Positions 25,182-36,544 of a stretch of 44,401 nucleotides of DNA are shown here, piece by piece. The notes under the pieces are model-generated. The model was not told where the DNA came from, ran no database searches, and saw nothing but the letters and a program-made list of their open reading frames with translations. Origin of the DNA: Chiloscyllium plagiosum (Eukaryota). Within the stretch, counting starts at the first letter, position 1; each line of letters starts with the position of its first letter. The stretch is from contig NC_057718.1 of assembly GCF_004010195.1 (NCBI RefSeq), forward strand, positions 42,521,338-42,565,738, written 5' to 3'. The position numbers and the translations under genes are program-made.

Positions 25182-27068
25182 GTAAAATGCTTCATAAAAT
25201 AACTGAAAATAGATTATTATAAGCTTCACTTGTGATTTATGATGCTTTCTTTGTAAAATGAGAATCTGAGCAAATGCGGCATGCCACACATTTCTGAATA
25301 GACCCTGGCTACCATCCTCTGATCTATGCAGAATTAATGTCTCTGTGAGCAAACCTTTTGATGGTGCATATGTGCTAAGTGCATGGATTTGCTGCTACAG
25401 TTTGAACATTTCTTAAATTAAAATGTATTGCCCCTTCTAGATATATTGATTTACACATTGCTGTGTCAATATTAACTCCAACAATTTTTCCAATAACTAA
25501 TAAGGATCTGCCAGTGTGGCTTGACTTCATCAGTGTGTGGTTTCAGTAGTATTTTTTCCTATTTCTGGAGCCTTTCTGTAGGTTTTATCATTTGTTGGGT
25601 AACGCTTAGATGTTATAGTTCTAGCTGATGTCTTAATGTTAAACCTTGTATATGGAGTGGGACAGCTAATCTTGAATAGTGGGATGGAGGGAGGGGAAGT
25701 TTATTTTTGGCAAGAGCATTTTGAAGATGAGAATATTTTAGTTTATTTTTAAATCTAATACTTTACCGCCGTGAATTGTTTCAGATTCATGTTGCCAATT
25801 TCATCAGCTGATAAACCAATCAGAGATCATAAATTAGTTGTGCTTTTCTAAATGAGTTTCGATGGCTTATTGAGTTCAAATTTTGACGTTCTTACAAGCC
25901 TCTTTTTAAGAACTTGCAAAGGTACTTGTTATAATGAATTTTGATATAAATGTGGTTGTTTATATAATTTAATTAGAAAGATTCATCATTCCGTTGAATT
26001 CCACGTATGATGCTGTGTGGACAAAACTGTCATTTTTACGAAAATAATTTGTAGCTGACTTGTGATACTTGTGGATTTTGTACACAATTACCCTTCATTT
26101 GTAGAAATGTATGAAATGTAATTAAAAATTATAGTAAGACATTTCATTAAATTGATCCTTCTTCAGTTCAAATCTTCGTTGCTGAAGAAAAAGTTTAATT
26201 CCATTAGGATTACATGTAACATTTGTCTTTTGTTTCATTAACTGTTATATTTAAAATGCAGAATCTACTTTCTGTCACTAGATGCCACTGGTTCACTTGC
26301 AGTAGCGATGCATATATCTGCAAACATTTAATAACTCATAATTTGTTCCTGACATAGTCTGATAAGTTGCAGGTTTGATTATATTTTTGCTTTATCTACT
26401 ATTTCCTGGTAAATTAGTAATTCATACTTTGCTATTGTAATGTTTTATGTGACACTGACAGTAGGTGCCCATATTTAGGTGTAGTCTTGAAGTTATGTGT
26501 GGCATTTGCCTAAAGGTTTCGTCATTTTATTTTTCTGTTGTTGCTTGCCAACTTTCCTTTGCCTACTGAATGTATCTCCATAAGAGTGATACTCCTCCTC
26601 ACTGAATTAGACCTGATTTCAGAGAATGCTGTTGGAGGCAGAACTATTGGTTTTCAACAGCAGCCAGGTACTGTCAACTTTGGTGAAACTGTTTAAATTG
26701 TTGGGATGTTTGGTAATTGTATATTTCTCAAATGCCAAAGCATATTTTATTAGTTGCTGTTATCGTCAGTCCTTTTTTTTTGTCTTGGGTTTTCTTTCTT
26801 TTTGGCAATTTTCTGTTTTTGCTTCTCTTATTCAATCCATCTATTCTGTTTTTTCTTCATTTTGCAGTCCTTATGTTATTGCACTTGATGTAAGGTTATT
26901 CTGTTGACAGATTTTGTGTGGGTGCCTCTTGTATGACGAGATAATATCTGGGTGCTCATGTTTGCTGTTGCAGCAAAGAGTCAAATAATACAACTGGAAG
27001 AGAGCACTTTCCTCCTGTTCCTTAAATTCATGACAAATTGTCTTCATTATCACGCAAATCTAGGAAGG

Positions 27069-27680
27069 AGAAAGTGAAGACAGCAGATGCTGGAGATCAG
27101 AATCGAGAGTGTGGTGCTGGAAAAGCACAGCAGGTCAGGCAGCATCCAAGGAACAGGAGAATCGATATTTTGGGTAAAAGCCCTTTATCAGGAATGGGGC
27201 TTGTGGGTCGGGGCTGAGAGGTAAAAGGGAGGGGCCAGGGTTGGGGGGAGGTAGCTGAGAAAGCAATGGATGGATGCAGGTGAGGGAGACGGTGATAGGT
27301 CAGAGGGGGCAGTGATGGACGGGTCCGGGGTGGCGGGGGGAGACTGTGCCGAGTTTAAGGCTTGGTTGTAACCACACTGGATAAATGTGGACTTCAACAG
27401 CTTCCTCATTTCCCCTCCCCCCACATTATCCCAGTCCCAAGCCTCCAACTCGGCACCGCGCTCTGGACCCATCCAACACTGCCCCCTCTGACCTATCACC
27501 TTCTCCGCACCTTCATCCACCTATCGCTTTTCCAGCTACCTCCCCCCACCTCCTCCCATTTATCTCTTAGCCCCGACCCACAAGCTTAATTCCTGATGAA
27601 GGGGTTATGCCCAAAACGTCGATTCTCCTGTTCCTTGGATGCTGCCTGACCTGGTGTGCTTTTCCAGCACCACACTCTCG
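27069..27680. mobile_element. Palindromic Penelope-like insertion (inverted pseudo-LTRs) with a 17-bp target-site duplication
   Basis: ~27102-27365 is the reverse complement of ~27437-27682. The spacer encodes a PLE C-terminus (INVDFNSFLISPPP). The flanks are acgcaaatctaggaagg (27052-27068) and atgcacatctaggaagg (27681-27697). Confidence 0.9.
27590..27625 (+). ncRNA. Degenerate minimal hammerhead-ribozyme motif in the Penelope pseudo-LTR
   Basis: CTGATGA-aggggttatgccc-AAAAC-GTC. The CUGAUGA core and short stem II are present, but GAAA is mutated to AAAA. PLE-associated minimal hammerheads are an established class. Confidence 0.6.
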
Positions 27681-30489
27681 ATGCACATCTAGGAAGGCTT
27701 GCTTTCCACAATGTCCTTTGGTGGACTTGTTTGGACATTATATTTGAAGAAATTGGACAAGTTTGGAAGTTCTGTATTTTCCGCTATTATTATAAGTACA
27801 GTTATGTGGCATCTCTCAAGTGTGTTGTTGCTGATAGCTTCATGGCTATCTCTAATTATTTGACCAAGTCAGATGGTCAATTTTTAACTGATGTCTTTGA
27901 TATTTTTGCTTTGATATAAATTAGTTTGAGACTTCACAAATTTGCTTCAATCAGAATACCTGCTTCTATCTTTTCCTAATCAGTCTGTGATTGCTATACA
28001 GCCCATCTGACCAAGAATCAACAAGTGTGTTCTGACTCATTACACCACCTTATTTTTTTGTTATATCTAAGGTTGGTTTTGCAGTTATTTTATTCTTGCA
28101 ACAGCTGTTCTCTTTAAGTTTATTACAGTATTGAATGGAAGACTTCATCTATTGGGATAATTCTCAATTTTGTGGGAGTAAGTTCTTCAATTTATTCTAT
28201 TCCTACTTCCATAGGAAAGTGTTAAGGATACAACATTTCCATTAGAATCCCTATTATTTCAATCTCCAACAGAGATAGAGACTGTTCAATGTAAGATGAA
28301 GAATTTTATTTGCTATGTGTCTTATGACATGGCAGTTATTCAAATCCAGTCTTGCTTATCAAAGGTTTTTGCCACAACATATTCTATCAGTAACAGGATT
28401 GTTTTACTTATTTTTTGCTTTGATTCAGACCATTCAAACTTTGGATAAATTAAAAATAATCTTGTTAAAATTGTTAGCACACAAGCTTACTACACAATGA
28501 AATTGTTTATACAGAGTGTTAACAAATCCATTGTGTCATCAAGAATTATGGGGGAAATGCATTCTTAACAAAAATCTAATATCTACTTTTTCCTCTCTCA
28601 TCCCTATAATTTTATTATCAATTACAAGGCTAACTGAAAATTCAATGCCAGTTCAACCCAGGTTACCTCTTGGACTGACATTAGAAGATTCTCTGAACTC
28701 CATTTGTAAAGCAACAGTTCTTTCACTTTTTGAAAGTTGGCTATTTGATGCATCTGTTGTTGTGACAAATTTCAAACTATGAGTCTACTGTTTTTCATTC
28801 TCCTTTGTTTATGCTCCTCAGATGTATACCAATCTCCAGAAGTTATTAACTTGCCTTAGACTTTCTTGATCTTAGATGGAGCTTTATCCAGCTTGCCTTA
28901 ACTCTTCTAATTCATTCTTTCACTGTCCTCCTGGGATTTTCATGAAACAAATCCACAGTGCATTAATGATGTCTTCCTTAAATGATGGTTCCATCAAAAA
29001 ATATGTAAACTTTGTCTACAGTTTCTGTATTGTATTATGACTACAGGGTAGGATTGGCAAGGCTCTTTGAAGCAAAGTGCTTGAAGTCATTGAATTCCTT
29101 GTTTTACCAAAGCCTTTGTTTTGTGGAGGACACATCTGCATCAGAATAATTTATATTTATTAGAGCAGTCCCTCTTATAAGTGATTTTTTTTCCCTTTCA
29201 GTAAATGGAGAACCTGGTTCATATCACTATCTTTAGTCAAAGAAACATAATCAGAAACTTTCAATTTGAGTTACAGGCTGATAGAATGCCTTCATCAATG
29301 GAAGCGAGATTGGCAAATCGTTTAAGTATTCTCCATCTTAATATGGAAAACAGATTAATTTTCAATGCTTCCCTTTGTGCATTTTTCTATTGTTAAGAGA
29401 TATAAATTACCAGCACTTCATGAACCTTCCTATAATCTGTTCAACTCAAGATAGTCTGCAGACCAATAGGACAGTTGATTTAACAAGGAATTACTCTATT
29501 TTAGTTCAACAATGTAATGTATGACACAAATTGAAAATGTGGAGTATTAAGCACTTTTTGGATTTCAATGTTAGTTCCAAACACACAATCACTTTCATCT
29601 TGAAATTACTTTACAGTAAACTTCTGGTTACATTGGCTTTGTCAAATTTCTGTCAGTATGCTGTAAGTGGGAATCATGGTTTATGTAAGAACATGGCTTA
29701 AGAATGTCTTTTAAATAATATAATTTATATTTAGTGCATATAAAGTAACTTCCTTTTTACCTCATTCTCAGAAGACCTGAATAGCAATTTCAAAGAAGTG
29801 ACACAATCCCAAAATACAATGAATTCAGTCAAGTGACCTTAGCTGCTGCTTCAAGGTGACAAAATAAACCAAATTCCTTTTATTAAATTACATTTTAATT
29901 TAAAGATTCTTATTTGTACTTTAGTTATCCTTAGTTCAATTTAGTTGGTTTTTCCACTGAAAACTGAAATCGAACGACATTACCACTAGTGCACCAAAAA
30001 TAATTGGTCATGAGTTTATCCTCATTTAAGATACGGGTAATTGAACACAATAACAGTCGAAAAAATATTAAAGAGCTACAAATATATTTTCCACTTGTAG
30101 TATTTTAGCCATTACTGAAAGGGGTGAGTATCAGAGAGTGTAGAATTTATTTCATTGTGAAACACCAAGAATTTGGATTTTGATGTATTTTGCTTGTGAA
30201 GCCAAATGTGATGTGAAATGCATCAGATCCCAAGATAGATTGGACAGATATATTTATTGAATGATATTGTTAAAAATGCCAAAATCTGGCACTACGAGGC
30301 TATCCTTTAGGATGCCTTACATAAAGACATCAAATGAATTGGCCCATTAGTAGAAAATCTGAATTCACTTCTCTTTTCAGATATATAGATAAGCTCTGGG
30401 AATCTTTAATTTACGCTTACACAAATATTGGAGCTAAAATCCACTATCCAGAGAGAAAAAAAAATCTAAATTTGGACATGTAAACAGAG

Positions 30490-30850
30490 AACCACATAAA
30501 ATAACAGGATGAAATAAGGCCATTTGACTTTAACAGTGCTGACTCTTTGGGATTAATTTTAGATTAATCTGGCACTGCCCTGCCCTATCTCGTATAGCTC
30601 GGTATCTATCACTGCTTCAGATATTATTCAACTGTTTCTTAAAAATAGTGATGAACTTTTAGCCATACATTGCGGAAAGCAATCACCTTTCTCCATAATA
30701 TCATTTTTCTTAGCTTCTCATTCTTGGTAGACAATTTAAATTAATGATCTTTCTTAATTGCTGCTCAAGAGGAGGAAATAGTTCTTGTTTGTTGACTGTA
30801 TGAAGTTCCTTCAGGATTTGAACTTTTTAAAAATGTTAATCATCATGTAG
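30490..30850 (-). mobile_element. Very old CR1 3' end
   Basis: acataaaataacaggatgaaataaggccattt...ggaaatagttc resembles the complement of a CR1 3' UTR. Confidence 0.5.
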
Positions 30851-30871
30851 TCTCTTTCTTTTTTGAAAATG

Positions 30872-31230
30872 TTTTTCTTCATTCACTGGATTACGGTGTT
30901 GGTGGCTAGGCGCAGCATTTATTGACCATTCCTAATTGCCCAGAGGACAATTAAGAGTCAACCACATTGTTGTGGCTCTAGAATCACACGCAGGCTAGAT
31001 CGGTTGGGGAAGTTTCCTTGCCTAAACAACATGAGTGAACCAAATTGGTTTGCCTGACAATCAACAATGGTTTCATGGTCATCATTTGACTCTTAATTCC
31101 AGATTTTTTTTTATTATTGAATTCAAATTTCCACCATCAGCTGTGTCACGATTTGAATATAAATTCCCAGAACACACCTGGGTCTCTGGATTAACAATTT
31201 AGCAATGGTTACTAGGCATTCGCCTCCCAC
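30872..31230 (-). mobile_element. tRNA-head SINE related to LINE family B (near full length)
   Basis: The family-B tail complement ggctaggcgcagcatttattgaccattcctaattgccc is joined directly to the core aagagtcaaccacattg..., followed by the head gatttgaa...ctgggtctctggatta. Confidence 0.85.
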
Positions 31231-31825
31231 AACGTGATGTTACCATTTGGTTTGTATGACAGGAGGATTGTAAAATATGTTGGCAGGTGGAAATTTTTAA
31301 TTCTAAGCTTAACATGGTATGACTGCATATCAAATACATGCATAGTTACATAACAAAATACAAAGAGATGGAACTGACACCATTTGAATTGTCAGGTATT
31401 GTTTTGGCTTTAGCACTTCCAAATGCATCATGGTGTTAGATTATCCCATATTTCATTGCAGCCTCACACTGGCACAAAACTAAAAGCCTAAATTTAATTG
31501 TGTTGGGATTAATAAGACTGATAATAATGATCTGCCTGAGGGCATGTTCTCTCTGTATTTCTCTACCTTGTATCTCCACTTTGTTTGTTCCTAAGAGCTT
31601 TCCATTTTCAATTTCAAATTGTCTATTTTTTTCTTCTTCTTCTACATCCCTCCAATCTTCCTTCAATTATCTCCTTCAACAAAACAGTATTTAGTTGTTC
31701 AAACATGTTTTGCAGCTTCCTTTGCATTCAAAATGAAAAGCAAATAGAATTTCTGTGAGGAGTTTGGAATGAAGATTTTAATTTCTGGAACTGGAAAGCA
31801 TAGATTTCTTTCATTTTTTTTCCAG

Positions 31826-31856
31826 AATGCAGTCCCCGTCTCTCAGCTCCAAAATT
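31826..31856 (+). CDS. Candidate 31-nt exon, phase 1-2: (E)CSPRLSAPK
   Basis: Strong acceptor tttctttcattttttttccag| and donor ATT|gttagt. The phase fits between 25113-25181 and 38972/40190. Confidence 0.4.
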
Positions 31857-31930
31857 GTTAGTTTGAGCTATCAGCAGTTTCTATCTATTCTAGGGCCATC
31901 ATTATTAGCAAGATCCACAACATCCCAACT

Positions 31931-32170
31931 CAGAATCATGGATTTTTTACAGTGCAGAAAAAGAGCACTTGGCTCAATATGTCTGCTCTGGCTCTTTGAA
32001 TGAGTATCTCATCTCATGCCAATACCTTGCCTTCTGGCCATAACTCTGTACATCTTCCTTTTCAGTTAACTATCTAACTCATTTTTGATAGCCTCAAATG
32101 GTCCTAACTCCAAAACATACTTGGGCATTGCATTTGAGATCCTAGCCACTTGTGGAAAAGTTTTTTTTCT
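31931..32170 (-). mobile_element. Old CR1 3' end
   Basis: agaatcatggattttttacagtgcagaaaaagagcacttggctc...ggcattgcatttgagatcctagccact, the complement of a CR1 tail. Confidence 0.6.
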
Positions 32171-33204
32171 GGTATTACTTTTGCTGCTGCAAGGTTCTGC
32201 CAAAGCCATATTTTATATTTCATATTTCTGCCAAACGCTGTTTATTCAATAAAGCACACAGCAGCCTACTTTTGTGTATGACCAACAATTTGGCTTTCCC
32301 AAGTAGAGGAGGCAAATCCTTTAGCTTCATCGAGCAAGTTGGACATGCCCTAATGCTGATTTTGGAGCAGTGCATAAGCAGGCCCCAAAAAACTTGACCC
32401 TTAAGTCAAACTGTGAATAGTTTACAATTATGAGGGAAATTGGAAAAGGTATAACCTGATTTTATGTGCACTTTTTTAAAAAAGAAAAGCTTCTGTCTTT
32501 GCAGTTCTGCTACAATTTTTAGCCATAAAAATTATTGAATAAGCATGCCTAAACCAGACAAGCCATTTGAAAACCCTGTTCTGTGTTTAGCAGTACAGAA
32601 TTTATCGAATAGTGCACTTTAGAAGTTGAAGTGTTCTCACAAATTAAAAACCATTGAGCAGGAATGCTACAGTTCATGTTTTATGTCAATCACAGTTATG
32701 TAGATATATAAATTTATTGCAATGCGTTGAAAATCATGCAACTGTAAATGGAAACATGTTTGTTCTTACTGAGGTTAATAATGAAATATTACAGGAGGAA
32801 GTCGTCTTTCAGTCGTAGCTGGACTGAGAGTTGATGAGACTTGTACCAAGTTGCTCAGATTCACTACAGAAGGACTTGTTCTTATCCTGCATCATGTGCA
32901 AGAGCTTTGACATCACTTCCCTCTCAGCATGTGTCTAGACCTTGTAAAGACTGAAATCAGACAAGGGACTCGATTTGAAATGACTGAAAATCTGAGACAG
33001 ATGTTTCTTAAGAAGGTAAATTGTCAGCTTGGACAACTGGAACAGAGGTTCAAAGAAGCATAGAACATTGACAGCATAGAAGGAGTATAATCGACCCACC
33101 AAGCTAGTTCTACTCATTGCCATTTCTCTGCAAACCTCCAAATGTTCCCCCTTACAAGTCGTTGCGGTAACATTACTGGATGAGTAATTTAGAGACTGTG
33201 AGCT

Positions 33205-34031
33205 TATAGAGTCAGAGAGATGTACAGCATGGAAACCGATCCTTTGGTCCAATTCATTTGTGCCGACCAGCTATCCTAACCTAATCTAGTCCCATTTGTC
33301 AGCACTTGGCCCATATCCCTCTAAACCCTTCCTATTCATATACTCATCCTGATGCCTTTCAAATGTTGCAGTTATACCAGCCTCCATCACTTCCTTTGGC
33401 AGCTCATTCCATACACACACCACCCTCTAAGTGAAAAAGTTGCCCCTTAGGTCCCTTTTATATTTTTCCCCTCTCACCCTAAACCCATACCCTGTAGTTC
33501 TGGATGCCCCCCACTCCAGGAAAAAAACTTTGTCTATTTATCCTATCCATGCCTGTCATGCTTTTATAAACCTCTATGAGGTCACCCCTCAATCTTCAAT
33601 GCTCCAGGGTAAACAGACAGCCTGTTCAGCCTCTCCCTATAGTTCAGATCCGCAAACCCTGGCAACATCCTTGTAAATCCTTTCTGAACCCTTTCAAGTT
33701 TCACAACATCCTTCTGATAGGAACGAGACCAGAATTGCACACAATATTCCAAAAGTGGCCTAACCAACGTCCTGTACAGCTACAACGTGACCCCCCAACT
33801 TCTATACTCAATGCTGTGATCAATAAAGGAAAGCATACCAAACACCTTGACTATCCTATCTACTTGTGACTCTACTTTCAAGGAGCTATGTTCCTGCACT
33901 CCTAGGTCTCTTTGTTCAGCAACACTCTCTGGGACCTTACCATTAAATGTATAAGTCCTGCTAAGATTTGTTTTCCCAAAATGCAGCATCTCGCATTTAT
34001 CTAAATTAAACTCCATCTATCACTCCTCAGC
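33205..34031 (-). mobile_element. HER1/CR1 LINE 3' end
   Basis: Minus ORFs VRPLLEYCVQFWSRSYQKDVVKLERVQKGFTRMLPG and MEFNLDKCEMLHFGK. Confidence 0.95.
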
Positions 34032-34032
34032 G

Positions 34033-34520
34033 AATGCTCTGGGAATATGGGTTCAAATCCCATCATCACAGATGGTGGAGCTTAGCTTCAATTAATGTAT
34101 CTAGAATTGAAAGGTGCTGTCAGTAGTGGTGGCTGTGAACTGTTGGATTGTTGTAAAAATCTATTTGGTTCACTTATTTTTTTTTTTCGGAACAGAAATC
34201 TGCCATTGATGCTTGTTACGGCTGATATATGACTCCAGACTCGTGCGCTGTGAGTCTTTTAAAACTCTGAAATGGACTATCGATTATGTAGCATGAAACT
34301 TGTAGAAACATCAAATAAATATAAGACAGGATAGATTACCCCACATTAACTGGGTGCTATACATGATAAAGGGCAATATTGTCCAGTCAACCCAGGTTTT
34401 TTTTTTTACTAACAGCTGGGAGCTTGTCCCAATATTAAGGTAGCTGTACCTTTTTGATTACACTGACTCATGCCTCACAGTCAATACCCTAACATTTCCT
34501 TTACCATCTCTAGGTATGTT
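34033..34520 (+). mobile_element. LINE family B 5' end: tRNA-like head (B box), core and APE start
   Basis: B box GGTTCAAATCC at 34050-34060; core gtaaaaatctatttggttcact...gaaatctgcc...tgactccagac; then tactaacagctgggagcttgtccc and accatctctaggtatg (T I . G Y). Confidence 0.75.
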
Positions 34521-34717
34521 ACGTATGGTATAAGACTCGACTCATCTTTTCTCGATTCGTTAGCTGGAGCAAATAATCTCTCAGCATCTACCATGTTAGT
34601 CCCCTGATGGATGTTATATATTTCAATGATTCAACTTCTCATTCTTGTTAAATTCCAGAGAATATGGACACATCTTTCTCAGTCTTTCTCCGTAGAGTAA
34701 TCTTTTCATGTCAGGAT

Positions 34718-35003
34718 GGTAACATGGTGATACAATGGCTAGCATTGCAGCCTCACAGTACCAAAGACCCGGGTTTGATTCCAGCCTTAGTTGACTGTAT
34801 GGAGTATGCATGTTCTCCCCATGTCTGCAAAGGTTTCCGGTGTGTGCTTCGGTTTCCTCCCACAATGCAAAGATGTGCAGGTCGGGTGATTAGCTATACT
34901 AACTGTGAAGTTACAGGGATGAGGGAGGTGTGATGCTTTTCAGAGGGTCAGCACAGAGTTGATGGGCCAAATGACCTCTATTTTGCACTATAGGGGTTCT
35001 ATG
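34718..35003 (+). mobile_element. Older HE1 SINE
   Basis: catggtgatacaatggctagcattgcagcctcacag...gggtttgattcc...tggagtatgcatgttctcccc...ggtttcctcccac; homologous to 14864-15175. A CR1 RT scrap (YINDLD, 35005-35075) and an HE1 3' half (~35078-35250) follow. Confidence 0.88.
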
Positions 35004-35259
35004 AAAACTATTTACAATCTACATTAATGACTTGGATGGAGGGATAGAAAGTAATACAGCCAAATTTACTGATGCGTCAGCCATGCCAAATTTCTTCATC
35101 TTGTCCAGGTTAGGTGGGTTAGCCATGATTAATACAGGATTACGAGGATAGAGTGGGGGGGCAAGATCTAAGTGGGATGCTATTTGGAGGGTTGGTGAAG
35201 ACTCAAGGGGACAAATGGCCTCTTCCCGCTTTGTAGGGATTCTTTGATTCTTGGACTGG

Positions 35260-36510
35260 TCGAGCAATGCTTCACAACCAACATAAACATGTTCTCCCTT
35301 AATTATGGAGGATAAAATTGCACACAGTATTCCAGATGTGAACCCACCAAATAACTGTGCAATTGTAGCAAGATTTCTTTATTCTTAACTCCTAACCTCT
35401 TCCAATAGAGGCTACCGTAATTCCCTTGCAGTAGAAGCCAGCATGCAGTTTGTCTTCCTTATTGTTGTGCTTGCATGCTAAGTTTTTATTTCTTGTACAA
35501 ATATACCTAATTCCTTCTGAATGTTAATACTTTACTAGGTTTCAAGCCTTTTTTTAAGAAAAGTCTCCTTTTCTATTCTCACTGCCAAAAAAAACTCTTA
35601 ATTCTCCACCTTATATCCATTTGCCAATTTGACAATTCATTTTCTGCTTACAACCTATTTGTATTTTCACAACTTGCATTCTCACCTCGCTTTATTTCGT
35701 CATTGCCCCTGGATAAATTACTCACTATATCTTCATCAAAGACAGTAATGTAAAATGTAAATAGCTGAGGTACCAGCACTTGTGTCTTGTGGCACTCCAT
35801 CAGTCACTACCTGTCAATATGAAATAGATCCTTTTGTCCTACTTTGGTCCCTGTCTATTGCCCAGTCTTTTTCCATGTTATTGCATCTCTTTAGCTCCAT
35901 GAGCACTTGTTTTGTTTATTAACCTTTTGTGTGATATCTCATGCCTGTTGGAAATACAGGTGTACTACATTTACTGGCTCCCCCTTGTTAACCTGACTAG
36001 TTACCTTTTCAAAAACAAAATCTATCAAACACAATTTTACTTTTATAAAACCATGTTGACTATGTCTGAATTCACTCAGAAAATCAGAGAACACTGAATA
36101 TCTCTTCTACATATTATACAGCTTTCATACTCCTGGCTAGTTTACTCTGTCATTTTATTCCCCTTTTTTTATCGACTTGCAGTCACCTTTTGCTGGTTTC
36201 TAAAGTACACCCAATCCTCAGATTTACTTTTATTCTTTGCAACACTATAAAACCCCTTTTAATTTATACTATACTCAGCTCCTTAATATGCCACAAATAG
36301 ATCCTTCTCACTGAGCCATGCAAGGCAAGGATACTGACAGCATCCAGGCTGACTCAGTGGCATGTATTTTATTGAATGTTTTGAATTGTTTATTTAAATA
36401 TTTCCAACTGTTTATTCACTACAATAGCTTTTAATCTATTTACTGAATCAACTATATTCGTTCTCCCTCATACCTATATAATTGACTTTACTTATGTTGA
36501 AGAAGCTTAT
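35260..36510 (-). mobile_element. Decayed CR1 LINE ORF2 with internal deletions
   Basis: aaattgcacacagtattccagatgtg (HLEYCVQF complement) and gaggtaccagcact...tgtggcactcc (GVPQ.SVL.P complement). Confidence 0.75.
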
Positions 36511-36544
36511 TTGAACGTATTGGAATGAATCTTTTTTTTTTGGC

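Larger units (their letters stand above)
26480..29130 (-). mobile_element. Highly decayed Ty3/Gypsy LTR-retrotransposon pol fossil (RT-RNaseH-integrase order)
   Basis: The minus strand gives FGKTRNS...STLLQRA (~29060-29115, cf. PFGLxNAPSTFQR), LEELRQAG (28887-28910, cf. L.RL..AGLKL) and FVTTTDASNS (28740-28769, RNase H TDAS motif), in Gypsy order. Boundaries are uncertain. Confidence 0.65.

Noticed and set aside
26868..26889. 22-nt exon-like segment (ttttgcag|...GAT|gtaagg)
   Set aside because: It lies in the T-rich antisense strand of the Gypsy fossil, and combining it with the 31-nt and 6-nt candidates creates a stop.
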